Source: a virus (lineage: Duplodnaviria > Caudoviricetes). Taken from it: a stretch of 60,672 nucleotides of DNA. The stretch spans positions 1-60,672 of IMG/VR virus record IMGVR_UViG_3300025146_000015; one strand, given 5' to 3'. The notes under the pieces are model-generated. The model was given only the letters and a program-made list of their open reading frames with translations, had not been told where the DNA came from and made no database searches. Positions 45,343 to 55,058 of this stretch are shown in pieces. Made by a program: the position numbers and the translations under genes. Within the stretch, counting starts at the first letter, position 1, and every line of letters starts with the position of its first letter.

Positions 45343-46163
45343 CCGAGGCTCCGATCGACCCGAGAACGGCGTCCATCTACGCGCTCTATGGAGAAGCCCA
45401 CCTGATTCCAGCGTTCGATACGCTTGGGGAAGTTACGCCGGAGTCGGTCGCACGCTACATCCGGGCCAGGTTGCGGGTGGTCCAGGCCGGAACCGTGCGG
45501 AAGGAGCTCTCCGCCCTCAGGGGCGCCGTCGCCTGGGCTGTGGAGCAGGGGTTCCTGTCGGAGGCCCCGCTGCTACCAGGTGTTCCGAAACGTGCCCCAG
45601 GTACTCGCTACCAGCGGCCCAGCAGGCAGCGCGCGGATCAGCTCAGCCCGGCGGAGGTACAGGCAATCATAGGGGCCCTGCCCGAGCGTGCGCCGCGGGG
45701 AGGCTACCCAGTACGCGCTCGGTTTATCGTGGCCTACGAGGCGGGTCTGAGGCCATCGGTGCTCGACGTCCTGTCTGTTCCCGAGCACTACGAGCGGGAG
45801 CGGCCCCTGCTGGTCATCCCGTTCGAGCACGACAAGGACTCTCGGGAGCGCCGGCTGCCACTGACACCACGAGCCGCCGGGGCACTCGACTCGGTTGCCC
45901 CGGAAACCGGGCTGATATTCGGAGCGCACCGGTACACGACACACGTGAAGTCGGCAGCCCGAGAGGTGCTCGGACAGCAGAGGGGCGACCGGTTCTCTGG
46001 GGCACACCTGAGGTCTGCCCGGATCACGCACTGGCTCGAGGAGCCATCTTCGACCCTGGCGGGGGCTCAGTGGCTGGCCTGCCACTCCCGCGCCTCGACG
46101 ACGGACGGATACGTGCGGGCGAGCGAGCGGGCCGCGCGGAGAATGTTGGGGCTGGACGAGTAG
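45108..46163 (+). CDS. int: tyrosine recombinase (integrase)
   Basis: AGLRPS (R), HLRSARIT (HxxR), CHSRASTTDGY (H, Y); adjacent att site. Confidence 0.9.
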   Translation: MARPTEGWKLRWKGDRPATVRFTVDGREREVSTGEREPARAAEEAERIYAAAVSGRLQRRRRAAHGGVSLEGVFTSWLTEAPIDPRTASIYALYGEAHLIPAFDTLGEVTPESVARYIRARLRVVQAGTVRKELSALRGAVAWAVEQGFLSEAPLLPGVPKRAPGTRYQRPSRQRADQLSPAEVQAIIGALPERAPRGGYPVRARFIVAYEAGLRPSVLDVLSVPEHYERERPLLVIPFEHDKDSRERRLPLTPRAAGALDSVAPETGLIFGAHRYTTHVKSAAREVLGQQRGDRFSGAHLRSARITHWLEEPSSTLAGAQWLACHSRASTTDGYVRASERAARRMLGLDE

Positions 46164-46165
46164 AT

Positions 46166-46360
46166 TTCCGGGGCAATCCCGGGGCAACGATCTCTGGCGT
46201 GGTGCGAAGGGCGGGACTTGAACCCGCACGGACTATCCGTCCACTAGAACCTGAAAGTAGCGAAACACGGGTAATCTGGCCAACGGCTGAGGCTGGGGGT
46301 TCGCAGTTCTCAGCTGGATTCTGCAGTGGGCAGCAGGGTTTCCGGGGCAGCCCCAGAAAC
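46166..46360. repeat. integrase arm-type sites flanking the core
   Basis: CCGGGGCAA x2 at 46168-46187 and TTCCGGGGCAG near 46340-46350. Confidence 0.6.
46200..46255 (-). other. attP core: 3' half of tRNA-Leu(CAG) including CCA
   Basis: Minus strand TTCAGGT-TCTAGTGGACGGATAGTCCGT-GCGGGTTCAAGTCCCGC-CCTTCGCACCA (anticodon loop, long variable arm, T-arm); no 5' half. Confidence 0.9.
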
Positions 46361-46407
46361 TCCGAGTGGGCCCTCTCCTCAGCGGCCCACCGGATGGCGG
46401 TGCTCCC

Positions 46408-46770
46408 ATGAGCGAGGTCCGAGAAGCGCTGAAGGTCTTGCTCGGTCTGACCGACGAGGCAATCGACGAGATAGGGCACAACGCGGAAGCCACTTGCGGA
46501 GGAATCAACGAGCCCGGACTGTCGATCGACTTCTATGGGCCATGCCCGGTGCAGGGGACCGGGGAGGCCGATGGCCACCCGATCTACTACCGAGCTAGGG
46601 ACGGTGGATCGCTGGAGGTCTACGCTCCGGGCACTGATGTCTCGTCGAGCGAACCCATATGGTCCACGGAGTTCGACGCCGACGGGTGGGACGAGGCGGA
46701 GGTCACCAAGGAGAACATTCGAGGTGCCGTAGCTCTCTGGCGCAACCACCGGATGGCGGTGCTGGCGTGA
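46408..46770 (+). CDS. acidic hypothetical protein flanked by 18-bp direct repeats
   Basis: GPCPVQGTGEADGHPIYYRAR; CCACCGGATGGCGGTGCT at 46387-46404 and 46746-46763. Confidence 0.65.
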   Translation: MSEVREALKVLLGLTDEAIDEIGHNAEATCGGINEPGLSIDFYGPCPVQGTGEADGHPIYYRARDGGSLEVYAPGTDVSSSEPIWSTEFDADGWDEAEVTKENIRGAVALWRNHRMAVLA

Positions 46771-46870
46771 CCGACCCCACCTACCTCGCCACGTACCTGC
46801 TCGGGTGCGCCTCCGGCGTGTCGCTCACTGTCATCATGCTGTCCTTGTGGCGAGTAGTGCAAGGGACGCG

Positions 46871-47368
46871 ATGACGCACGAACAGCTCGTCCGCCACGCC
46901 TGCGCCTGGCTCCGCCGCACGGAACGGTGTTGCATCGTCCTGAAGGAAGCCTCCCACCTCGGTCTCTCGGAGATCCCGGACGCGATCGGGTGGCGCTCCA
47001 TCTGGAGAGGCGCTCACGTAGACACGGGTTGCACCGTGGTCGAGGTCAAGGTCTCTCGGTCAGACGTCGTCGCCAACCACCGCAAACCTCCGCAGACCCT
47101 CGGTCGCCACCGGTACTTGCTGACGCTCGATGGTCTAGCAACTGCGGCGGACCTGCCTGACGGCTGGGGCCTGCTCATCTGGTCAGGCAGCCGAGCCAAG
47201 CGCGTCGTCAAAGCTGGGTGGAATTGGTCTCGTGATGAGCGACACGAGCAGGTGCTGCTGGTCGCGGAGATGAGGAGGATTGGCGGAGTGCTCACGATAT
47301 CTCGCCGGCTTGCTGAGCGCAAAAACGGGCTGGTTGAAGCCGACTATGCAGAGGAGGAGACGCAGTGA
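46871..47368 (+). CDS. PD-(D/E)XK-fold protein (MmcB-like)
   Basis: EIPDAIGW...VVEVKVSRSD...LPDGWGL. Confidence 0.65.
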   Translation: MTHEQLVRHACAWLRRTERCCIVLKEASHLGLSEIPDAIGWRSIWRGAHVDTGCTVVEVKVSRSDVVANHRKPPQTLGRHRYLLTLDGLATAADLPDGWGLLIWSGSRAKRVVKAGWNWSRDERHEQVLLVAEMRRIGGVLTISRRLAERKNGLVEADYAEEETQ

Positions 47369-47395
47369 CCGAAAGACCCTTGATGGAGGCGGAGC

Positions 47396-47812
47396 ATGGC
47401 TGACTTGGCGGTGACCGTGCCGAAAAATCTGTGGCTATCATGGGTGCTTGAAGGTGATGCGGCCGGAGAAGTCGAGTCGGGCGAGGAATGGGGGTTCTAC
47501 CTCGGAGGGGGCAGACCACCAATCGCGCCCGGCGAGCGACTCTACGTCGTGGCTTACGGCTTGCTCCGCGGGTACGCGCCAGTTACGCGATTCGAGCGGA
47601 CCGCTCGGGGATGGTGCATCGTCAGACGCGGAGCAGCGGTTGCTTGCACCATCGACGAGCCGATTCCGGGATTCCGTGGCTGGCGGCTGGTGTGGTGGGA
47701 ACGAGCCGCTGAGCACCCGTTCCCTGACTGGATGACGGCTGGGCTACCCGAGAAACTCACCCGAGATCAGCAGGCAGATCTGGGGGTGATCGAGAGGGTT
47801 TACCATGCCTGA
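47396..47812 (+). CDS. hypothetical protein (ASCH/PUA-like?)
   Basis: PGERLYVV...GFRGWR; GGAGG RBS. Confidence 0.55.
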   Translation: MADLAVTVPKNLWLSWVLEGDAAGEVESGEEWGFYLGGGRPPIAPGERLYVVAYGLLRGYAPVTRFERTARGWCIVRRGAAVACTIDEPIPGFRGWRLVWWERAAEHPFPDWMTAGLPEKLTRDQQADLGVIERVYHA

Positions 47813-48179
47813 TCTGGACCTCGACACCCTGTCGATCGCGTGCGCCGTCGCGCTCTACATCGTGCTGATCGGCTGGCTGTTGCCGGCGCGAAGGCCTGAC
47901 CCGCGGACACCTTGGTGCGAGCGGGGGAAGTACTGGAGGAAACGTGGACACTAGGACTGGACACATTCGGGAACTCGAAAGTGGACAATTCGTGGCCGAG
48001 GCGAAGGTCGTGCTGACGAGAGAACAGGCCGAGAGGCTTCGGCCGCTGCTTCCCAAGAACCGATTAGACCTGTTCTGCGACATGATTCACGTGTCGGCGC
48101 GGCCGCACGGTTTGACCGACTGCGAGTGGAAAGCTCAGAAGAACGCGGCGAAGAGGATTCGAAGCGCGAGGAGAGTCCG

Positions 48180-48515
48180 ATGAACCGAGAGACAGCAACC
48201 CATTACCTGACCCGCAAGGTGGCGCAGATCATCCACGACACGGTCGAGTGGTGCACCGAAGAGCCGCGCGCAGAAACCGACTGGCTCACGGCTGAGCGCA
48301 TCGTGCGCGAGCGGTTCGCGTGGATGATCGGGCGGATGATTGGTGAGCCTGTCGACGCCGATGTGTTGAGCAAGCTCTATCCAGACTGGAGGATGGCGGA
48401 TTCTGCCACATTCGAGGACTTTGACCGTCAACTCGGGCACTCCATCTGGAGCAATACCCAAGGCGAGCGCCGCCACCTACCACGTCCCCCCTACGGGCAG
48501 ATCACTTTCTCATGA
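48180..48515 (+). CDS. hypothetical protein
   Basis: GAGGAG RBS; 4-nt overlaps with its neighbours. Confidence 0.5.
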   Translation: MNRETATHYLTRKVAQIIHDTVEWCTEEPRAETDWLTAERIVRERFAWMIGRMIGEPVDADVLSKLYPDWRMADSATFEDFDRQLGHSIWSNTQGERRHLPRPPYGQITFS

Positions 48516-49000
48516 TCTGCCCCTCGATCATCCTCTCCGCCTGGGCCCTCCTGCCGACGTGGTATCAGGACCGAGACGAGACCCCGGAGGCCCGCGACGC
48601 GCTCCGCCTGCCGGTGGCCGAGGCCATCTGCAGGGCGACGAAGGACCCGCGCGAGCGCCGGTTCCTGGCCGCGCAGGCGTACGCGGAGACGAAGCTCGCC
48701 CGGGCAGTCATCGAGGAAAGATGCCAGGACATGCCTGAGGGCGTTCGGTGCGATGAGGGGCGCGCCCGGGGGCCCTGGCAGGTGCACGGGCACTGCCGCG
48801 CCGCATGGGATGCCACGACGCTAGGTGCTCGTCTCGCGGCCGGGGCACTCTGTGCGCTCCGCAACTGGCGCTACGGAGTTGCCAGGTGCAAGACCGACGC
48901 TGGGGGCTTCGCCAGTCAGGCGGGGGGAATTCCAAGGTGCAACGCCGCGTGGGCCCGGCGACGTGTCGCGCTCATGCAGAGGATTGGAGGACGGTTATGA
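48512..49000 (+). CDS. lysozyme/transglycosylase-fold-like protein
   Basis: AQAYAET (putative catalytic Glu) and ARGPWQVH (GxxQ). Confidence 0.5.
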   Translation: MICPSIILSAWALLPTWYQDRDETPEARDALRLPVAEAICRATKDPRERRFLAAQAYAETKLARAVIEERCQDMPEGVRCDEGRARGPWQVHGHCRAAWDATTLGARLAAGALCALRNWRYGVARCKTDAGGFASQAGGIPRCNAAWARRRVALMQRIGGRL

Positions 49001-49647
49001 GTTCGGAAGACGGGGAGTTGCACGATGCTGTCACCCGCGATGAATCGAAGTTCACGGTGGGCATTCCACAGGCCGTTGTTGTCTCGCTCCCCGTGTGCTG
49101 GGGATGCGAGTGCGGAGTGCCGATTGTTGACGGACGGCACGTGGAAGAGTGCGACGACCAAAGTCTCGAGTACGCGTACCAGTGCACGAGGATCTCCAAT
49201 GCCGACAACCTTTACCATCTCCACTCTACCATCGATGCTGACGCCAGAAATTCTACGAGCCTGCGGAATCGAACAGGATCCGAATCGATGAACAACTACT
49301 CCGGCAACCCCACCGCGGCAGCAAACCGCCAAGCGCGCCAAACCTGCGGACGCTACATCCGCAAGGCGCAAGCCGACATCGCGATCCTGTCCCAAGTCGT
49401 GACCGAGCACCCGGGCCTCGCGCTGAAGGAGCTCGCCCCGCTGCTCGCTGGCCGATGCTCCTGGACCAACCCGGTGGCGACGATCCAGAACCAGATCCGA
49501 AGCGGGCTGAACCGGCTCGGGAAGGCCGGAATTCGGGTCGAGCAAGGGCGCGACGGGAAGCCTACGCGGCTTTGGCCGGATTCGGGCGCTGACGGGGACG
49601 GATGGATGACCTCGATCGCCGACGTCCTCGAGGTCAGGTCGACATGA
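48997..49647 (+). CDS. hypothetical protein (possibly two genes; second start at 49288)
   Basis: GGAGG RBS; C-terminal winged-helix-like segment. Confidence 0.45.
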   Translation: MSSEDGELHDAVTRDESKFTVGIPQAVVVSLPVCWGCECGVPIVDGRHVEECDDQSLEYAYQCTRISNADNLYHLHSTIDADARNSTSLRNRTGSESMNNYSGNPTAAANRQARQTCGRYIRKAQADIAILSQVVTEHPGLALKELAPLLAGRCSWTNPVATIQNQIRSGLNRLGKAGIRVEQGRDGKPTRLWPDSGADGDGWMTSIADVLEVRST

Positions 49648-50129
49648 GCCCCCGGCAGAAGCCCCACCGAAGCAACCAGGCGTACTGCACGCCAGAGGAC
49701 TTCCTGCACGCCATCCGGGCAACCTTCGGCATCATCGCGATCGACCTAGCAGCGTCGGGCCCGAACGTCTGCGATCGCTGGCTAGGCCCTGGCTCTGCGC
49801 TGGCCGAGGACGCATTGTCCGTCGACTGGTTCCCTCACGTGCCGATGGGAGGAAAACACCTGGGTTGGGTGAACCCTCCCTTTGGTGACATCGCGCCATG
49901 GGCTAGGAAGTGCGTGGCAGAGGGTGAGCGTTGCAAGATCGTGATGCTCACGCCGTCGAGCCTTGGCGCAAACTGGTACTGCGACATCGTGCAGGGGCAC
50001 GCCCTAACGCTGATCGTGAGGCCGCGGCTGACGTTCGTTGGGGAGTCGGCTCCGTACCCGAAGGACCTTGCGATCCACGTGTTCGGCGCCGGAATGGTCG
50101 GGCTCGGGACGTGGAGGTGGAGACAGTGA
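49644..50129 (+). CDS. phage DNA N6-adenine methyltransferase
   Basis: YCTPEDF, IDLAAS, WVNPPF and RLTF motifs. Confidence 0.85.
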   Translation: MSPRQKPHRSNQAYCTPEDFLHAIRATFGIIAIDLAASGPNVCDRWLGPGSALAEDALSVDWFPHVPMGGKHLGWVNPPFGDIAPWARKCVAEGERCKIVMLTPSSLGANWYCDIVQGHALTLIVRPRLTFVGESAPYPKDLAIHVFGAGMVGLGTWRWRQ

Positions 50130-51058
50130 GCGCCTCCAGTTCCGTGATCCAATTGGTACGCGCCCACTACGGCGGCGACGAGCGGCAGTTCGCGAGCTCG
50201 GCCCTCTCTCTCGCCGCGGGCTCGAAGGTCTGGAGCGTGCGGCGCAACATCGAGGATGCGGTGCGTGCCGGGGTCCAGCGGTCAGTCAACAAGCCTCGTC
50301 AGCTCCAGGAGCTGCGCCCGGTGAAGCTGCTCGCTGGGGGCATGCTCGAGGAGCTCGAGCCTGTGACGCTGGCGGAGCTGCAGCTACCGGAGTCCTTGGC
50401 TACCAGCATCGAAGCCATCACGACCGAGCTCGAGTACCGCGAGGAGCTCGGGGAACGGGGACTCAGGCCTCGGAATCGCATTCTGCTTTGGGGGCCCCCC
50501 GGATGCGGCAAGACCTCAGTCGCCCGTGCCATCGGCTCCGCTCTGGACGTCCCGGCTTACGGCGTGAGCTTGCCGAGGGTCATCGACAAGTACATCGGCG
50601 CGACTGGGCAGAACCTCGGCGAGCTCTTCGCCCACATTCAGGACAACACGCTGGTAGTGCTCGACGAGATCGACGCGCTCGGGGCCACTCGTGGGGGCGT
50701 CGAGCAGTCGGCGGGCAAGGAATTCAACGGAATCGTCAACACGATGCTGACCCTGCTCGACCGGTGCCACCGAGGCATCATCGTCGCGACGACGAATCGA
50801 CCCGATATTGTCGACCCGGCGTTGCTTCGTCGCTTCGACGAACAGTTTGAAGTGCCAGAGCCAACCACCGAGCAGATGACGGCGCTAGCCGCGCGACTCT
50901 GCGACGGATTCAAGATTCCAGCGGTTCCCGTTGATGGGTGCCGCAACTACGACGAAGTCACCAAGCAAGTGCAGCGCGAGGCCCGCCGGATCGTCATGGC
51001 GGAGATCTTGGCTGCCGAGGAGCTGAGCGAAGATGGCGAAGAAAAAGCCGCAGAATGA
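50126..51058 (+). CDS. AAA+ ATPase
   Basis: GPPGCGKT (Walker A), VLDEID (Walker B), TTNRPDIVDPALLRRFD. Confidence 0.9.
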   Translation: MSASSSVIQLVRAHYGGDERQFASSALSLAAGSKVWSVRRNIEDAVRAGVQRSVNKPRQLQELRPVKLLAGGMLEELEPVTLAELQLPESLATSIEAITTELEYREELGERGLRPRNRILLWGPPGCGKTSVARAIGSALDVPAYGVSLPRVIDKYIGATGQNLGELFAHIQDNTLVVLDEIDALGATRGGVEQSAGKEFNGIVNTMLTLLDRCHRGIIVATTNRPDIVDPALLRRFDEQFEVPEPTTEQMTALAARLCDGFKIPAVPVDGCRNYDEVTKQVQREARRIVMAEILAAEELSEDGEEKAAE

Positions 51059-51452
51059 GGAATCCAAGGGTCAAGAGCATGTGCGCAAGGAACCATTCTC
51101 ACGGCAGCTCAGCTGCCAGCTGACGCGCGAAGAGGTCGAGGAGCGGGCGCGCGAGTCCGCGCAGCTGCTCGAGCGACGCGACCAGTTCGACGACGAATTG
51201 AAGTCCGCGCAGAAGTCCGGCAAGGCCCGCCTGACAGAGATGGAGGCCGAGCTCCGCCGGCTCGCCACCGAGGTGCGTGACCGAGCGGTGCTCCGCCTCA
51301 CGCAGTGCGAGAGGCGACTCGACTACGACGCGGGGACTGTATCGGAGGTGAGAGGAGACACGGGCGAGTTCATCCAGACGCGCAAGATGACCGAGGAGGA
51401 GAAGCAGCGGGAGCTCGACCTCGGGGGCGATGTCGACAAGGAGTTTGGCTAA
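51033..51452 (+). CDS. hypothetical coiled-coil protein
   Basis: 139 aa, highly charged. Confidence 0.6.
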   Translation: MAKKKPQNEESKGQEHVRKEPFSRQLSCQLTREEVEERARESAQLLERRDQFDDELKSAQKSGKARLTEMEAELRRLATEVRDRAVLRLTQCERRLDYDAGTVSEVRGDTGEFIQTRKMTEEEKQRELDLGGDVDKEFG

Positions 51453-51465
51453 GGGGTCGATCACC

Positions 51466-51789
51466 ATGCACGAGTCGGTTCTCCAGCGCGGGATCCTCGA
51501 TGCCATCACAGCATCAGGTTACTGGGCCATGCGGCTCAACAGCGGGACCACGGTGCTCGGTGAGGGCCCATCGAAGCGAGTCATCAAGATGGCCCCCGCC
51601 GGGACCCCTGACATCCTGGTGCTCGTCCCATACGGCTTTCTTGAGGTGAAAACCGATCGTGGGAAGCTGAGCCCAGCGCAGTGGGTCTGGCACTGCAAGG
51701 CCTCAGAGAAAGGGATTCGCGTGCGCACAGTGAGGTCGATTCGAGAGGCTCTGGATGCGGTGAAGGCTTGGTGTTCTGATGGTCGCTAG
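51466..51789 (+). CDS. VRR-NUC nuclease
   Basis: GTPDIL...FLEVKTDRGKLSPAQ. Confidence 0.85.
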   Translation: MHESVLQRGILDAITASGYWAMRLNSGTTVLGEGPSKRVIKMAPAGTPDILVLVPYGFLEVKTDRGKLSPAQWVWHCKASEKGIRVRTVRSIREALDAVKAWCSDGR

Positions 51790-51978
51790 AGCCGACAACG
51801 CTTGGCAGGGTCTCCCGCGGGTGAACATGGATCCACCCGGACGCCTCAGGGCCAGAAACACACGAAGCCAGAGCGTCACACCGGTTCAGTCGTGCCGGGC
51901 CGACTTGGAGCTGGGTCGCGCCGAGTTGGGTGTCGGCGGTGCCCACTGGTCGGATCCGGACGAAGACGGTGGTGGAGG

Positions 51979-52914
51979 ATGATCACGATCAAAGAGGAGT
52001 TCATCCGCTGCGACAAGCTTCGTCGAGCGGTCAAGCTTGGTGGTCCAGCCGTGGGGTTGGTCTGGTTGGCCCTGAAGACCTACGTGTCCGAACACCTGAC
52101 CGACGGATTCGTTCCTGTAGACGATGTAGACGGTCTTGTAGACGGTCTTGTAGACGCAAGGTGTAGACGCCGATGCATCGACGCTCTGGTCTCATGTGGT
52201 CGTCTGCTTGCCGACGGTGGGCGCGGATCTGGTCTCGTGGACCGCGTCGAGCATGGCCTACGGCTCCATGATTACCTCGAACATGCAGACGATGCTGAGT
52301 ACGAGCTGAACAGAAGAAGACTCCGATCAGAGCGCCAGAAGAAGTGGCGCAGGGCCAAACAGCAAAGAGAGATTGATGCGTCAAACAAGCTTGGCCAACA
52401 ACCAAATGTAGACGATGTAGACGCGTCTACAGTAGACGATGTAGACGCGTCTCCCTCGTGCGCGCGTACGGGGGCGCCCGCGTCCCCAGCCCAGCCCAGC
52501 CCAGCCCAGCCCAGCCAAACCGAGTTAGATCTAGATCAGGATCCCCCCTATGGTCCCCCAGTGGGGGACGCTCCAGCCAAGGTCCGGCCACGGAAGAGCC
52601 CGAGGTCCAAACTCCCCGAGGGGTGGCAACCGAACGAGGGACACCGATCGCTAGCCACCGAAGTTGGTGTCGAGCTAGCGGCCGAGGTTCCCAAGTTCGT
52701 GGATCATGCGGCAGCCACCGACCGACGGATGGCTGATTGGGATGCTGCGTTTCGGACATGGCTCCGCAACGCGAAGGATTTTCACCGAGGTGGGTTGCTA
52801 CCCTCTGGGGCGAGGGATTCGAGGGCGGACGCGCAGATGCGACGACAGCTCGCGCACATCGAAGACTTGAGACGACAGGAGGCAAGAGAACGTGACCAAG
52901 CTGCAAGCAAGTGA
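51979..52914 (+). CDS. replication initiator protein
   Basis: TDGFVP, LHDYLE and C-terminal LPEGWQPN...FVDH...DWDAAFRTW; internal iterons. Confidence 0.75.
   Translation: MITIKEEFIRCDKLRRAVKLGGPAVGLVWLALKTYVSEHLTDGFVPVDDVDGLVDGLVDARCRRRCIDALVSCGRLLADGGRGSGLVDRVEHGLRLHDYLEHADDAEYELNRRRLRSERQKKWRRAKQQREIDASNKLGQQPNVDDVDASTVDDVDASPSCARTGAPASPAQPSPAQPSQTELDLDQDPPYGPPVGDAPAKVRPRKSPRSKLPEGWQPNEGHRSLATEVGVELAAEVPKFVDHAAATDRRMADWDAAFRTWLRNAKDFHRGGLLPSGARDSRADAQMRRQLAHIEDLRRQEARERDQAASK
52116..52452. repeat. (T)GTAGACG iterons, putative replication origin
   Basis: Five copies at 52116-52169; four direct and one inverted copy at 52407-52447. Confidence 0.75.
52485..52516 (+). repeat. (CCCAG)6 microsatellite encoding a PAQPS linker
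   Basis: Directly visible in the sequence. Confidence 0.85.
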
Positions 52915-53494
52915 GTTGGTGGCAACGCTGATGGCAGCATTCCCGCAGTCGCAGGTCAGCGAGGCGACTACGGGGGTGTACGAGGAGGACTTGGCTGAAC
53001 TCGACTTTGCCATCGGCATCAAGGCGTGCACGAGACTTCGGCGCACATGCAAGTTCCTCCCGAGCGTCGCCGAGATTCTCTCGGCCGTGGCCGACATCGA
53101 GTATGGCCCGCAACGTCCCGGCGGCGAGGCGTGGTGTGACGTGCTCGAGCAGAGCCGCCGCGTCGGTTACTGCGGCACCCCGCGGTTCGAGGACCCGATC
53201 GTCACGGAGATCGTGCGCCGAACCGGGTGGCGAGAGATGTGCCTGAGCCAGGACGGAGCCCCGGACCGGGCCCGGTTCATCGAGCTGTACGACCAACTGG
53301 CGCGGCAGGCGCGCCTGGACCTGGTGTCTGGCGTCCCGCTCACCAGGCGGCTCCCTGGAGCCTCGTCGACGCCGAAGTCCCTCACCCACGCAGTGGGTCC
53401 CAAAGACGCAGCCACGGGGCAGCCAGATGGCAGCAATGGCCCATCCAGCATGGCTCGGCTACTCGAGAGGGTCCCGGGTGGCCGCCGTGCGTGA
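52892..53494 (+). CDS. helicase loader/inhibitor-like protein (G39P-like)
   Basis: LMAAFP...KFLPSVAEI...GWREMC...DRARFIELY; follows the initiator gene. Confidence 0.65.
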   Translation: MTKLQASELVATLMAAFPQSQVSEATTGVYEEDLAELDFAIGIKACTRLRRTCKFLPSVAEILSAVADIEYGPQRPGGEAWCDVLEQSRRVGYCGTPRFEDPIVTEIVRRTGWREMCLSQDGAPDRARFIELYDQLARQARLDLVSGVPLTRRLPGASSTPKSLTHAVGPKDAATGQPDGSNGPSSMARLLERVPGGRRA

Positions 53495-53799
53495 CGACGA
53501 GGTCCCGGACGACATTCAGGGACCGGACCGCTTGGCGATTCTGAGGCTCGATCCGATCTTGAGGCCGGCCGCTGTCAAGATCACGCGAAACGTGCGGGAG
53601 CGGGAGAGACTCCGGAGGCCGACGGGAGAGCCGCCCGACCCAGATGGCATCGACGGGAGGTACCCATGACCATGAACGACCAAGCGGAAGGCCATGGCAC
53701 AGTACGCCCCGCTCATGGTCGCTCCCGGGGACGGCGACACGACCTCGACGCACCGCCACCGAACTACGTGGATCACGACGCCATTGATGGGAGGTATCC

Positions 53800-53997
53800 A
53801 TGAGCCGCAGCGCTGAAGCGAAGAGACGTCGACGCGAGAAGCGGGACGCGGAGCGTGTTCGTGTCTGGCGATCCGATCCGGATGACGTCAGAACGCGCAA
53901 GCATCTCAACGCGCTCCCACCATGCTCCGCGACCATCGGTGAGCACACGGGAATGGGAGAAGAAGACTTGGACAACACGAAGGAAGGTGAGGCATGA
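53800..53997 (+). CDS. small protein with Arg-rich N-terminus
   Basis: GGAGGT RBS; MSRSAEAKRRRREKRDAE. Confidence 0.5.
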   Translation: MSRSAEAKRRRREKRDAERVRVWRSDPDDVRTRKHLNALPPCSATIGEHTGMGEEDLDNTKEGEA

Positions 53998-54551
53998 AGC
54001 GCTACGAACCGACACTCCAGTGGAGGCAAGGCCATGGCCAGATGACAGACTTCTGCAAACCCACCGTGATGCTGGTCGAGAGTGAGACCGGCAGCGTCGT
54101 GAGGTGGGAGGAGGCTGCAGAGCACGCGAAGGACATCCCAATTCTCCAGCGGACAGTTCGCCGTCTCGATGACGAGATCGATAGGCTCCGTGGTGAGCTT
54201 CTGAGCGCTGAGTCCGAGCTCTGCATGCGGGTGGCCCGACCCCGAGCCATCGAAGGCGATGACGTGGGGGGCGGCGCTCGATGCAATGCGCGCAGGCAAG
54301 AGCGTGGCCTGGTACCACTGGCACGGTACCAGCGTCAGCCTGTGCCATGACGGCGTCATCCGCTTCGATGGTCCAGTGGATCAGCGTCGTCCATTCGAGT
54401 TCCGTCTCGAATACGCCGAGAAGGCACATTGGCGCGTGGTCGAACCGGCATGCGCGGAGGTAGTTCCGGACCGTCACGAGACGGCCAATTACGCAGCGTT
54501 GATGGCGTCACTTGGAGACGAGGAATACTGAAGCGAAAGGAAACGAACCAC

Positions 54552-55058
54552 ATGGCGGCTGAACAACGAGCAGGAATCAACCTGCAGGAACTCGCGACTC
54601 GCCTCAAGAACGCTGTCACGACAGGAGCAACGGCTCCGCTCGTCGTTGCGGGAGACGTCGCTCGGCTTGCCGAGAACTGGGCGGCGTATCGAGAGGAGGC
54701 CGGAGGGGTAGCTTGCACGACGTGGATCCAGGGCGTGTGTGGAGGGGGCCGAAACCTCGCCTGGTGGATGAGCCGACACGAGGCCGTTGAGAAGTTAGGG
54801 GAGTCAACGCGCCGCACTACCGATCACCATGTCGCCGTCTGGTTGGCGAACAAGATCCCCGAGACGGAGCACGACCGCGTTGCCCTCATCATGAGGCGCG
54901 AACAGAAGCAAAACCACGGCGTGCCGATCAGCATGCCGATGGCGAAACGTGTGCTGCGTGCCGAGGGCCTGATCGACGGCTCACAGAGCAAAAAGTGTCG
55001 GCGTTGCGAGCAACTTGAGCAACTGCTCGAGGATCATGACATCGCAGTGCCGGAGTGA
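54552..55058 (+). CDS. hypothetical protein upstream of the TIGR-like array
   Basis: AAGGA RBS; 168 aa; C-terminal CRRC; stop codon lies within the first array repeat. Confidence 0.7.
   Translation: MAAEQRAGINLQELATRLKNAVTTGATAPLVVAGDVARLAENWAAYREEAGGVACTTWIQGVCGGGRNLAWWMSRHEAVEKLGESTRRTTDHHVAVWLANKIPETEHDRVALIMRREQKQNHGVPISMPMAKRVLRAEGLIDGSQSKKCRRCEQLEQLLEDHDIAVPE

Noticed and set aside
46200-46255. Functional tRNA-Leu gene
   Set aside because: The 5' half is absent; better explained as the attP core
48610-48625. Partial self-target of the spacer pair ccgaggctc/accaccggc
   Set aside because: Imperfect and off-register; expected by chance in GC-rich DNA
50126-51058. AAA+ ATPase as the sigma54 activator
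   Set aside because: No GAFTGA loop; it looks like a classic-clade AAA protein
52485-52516. (GGCTG)n on the minus strand as another GGY-NN guide tract
   Set aside because: The dinucleotide is invariant, the tract lies in the coding linker of the initiator, and it has no flanking hairpins
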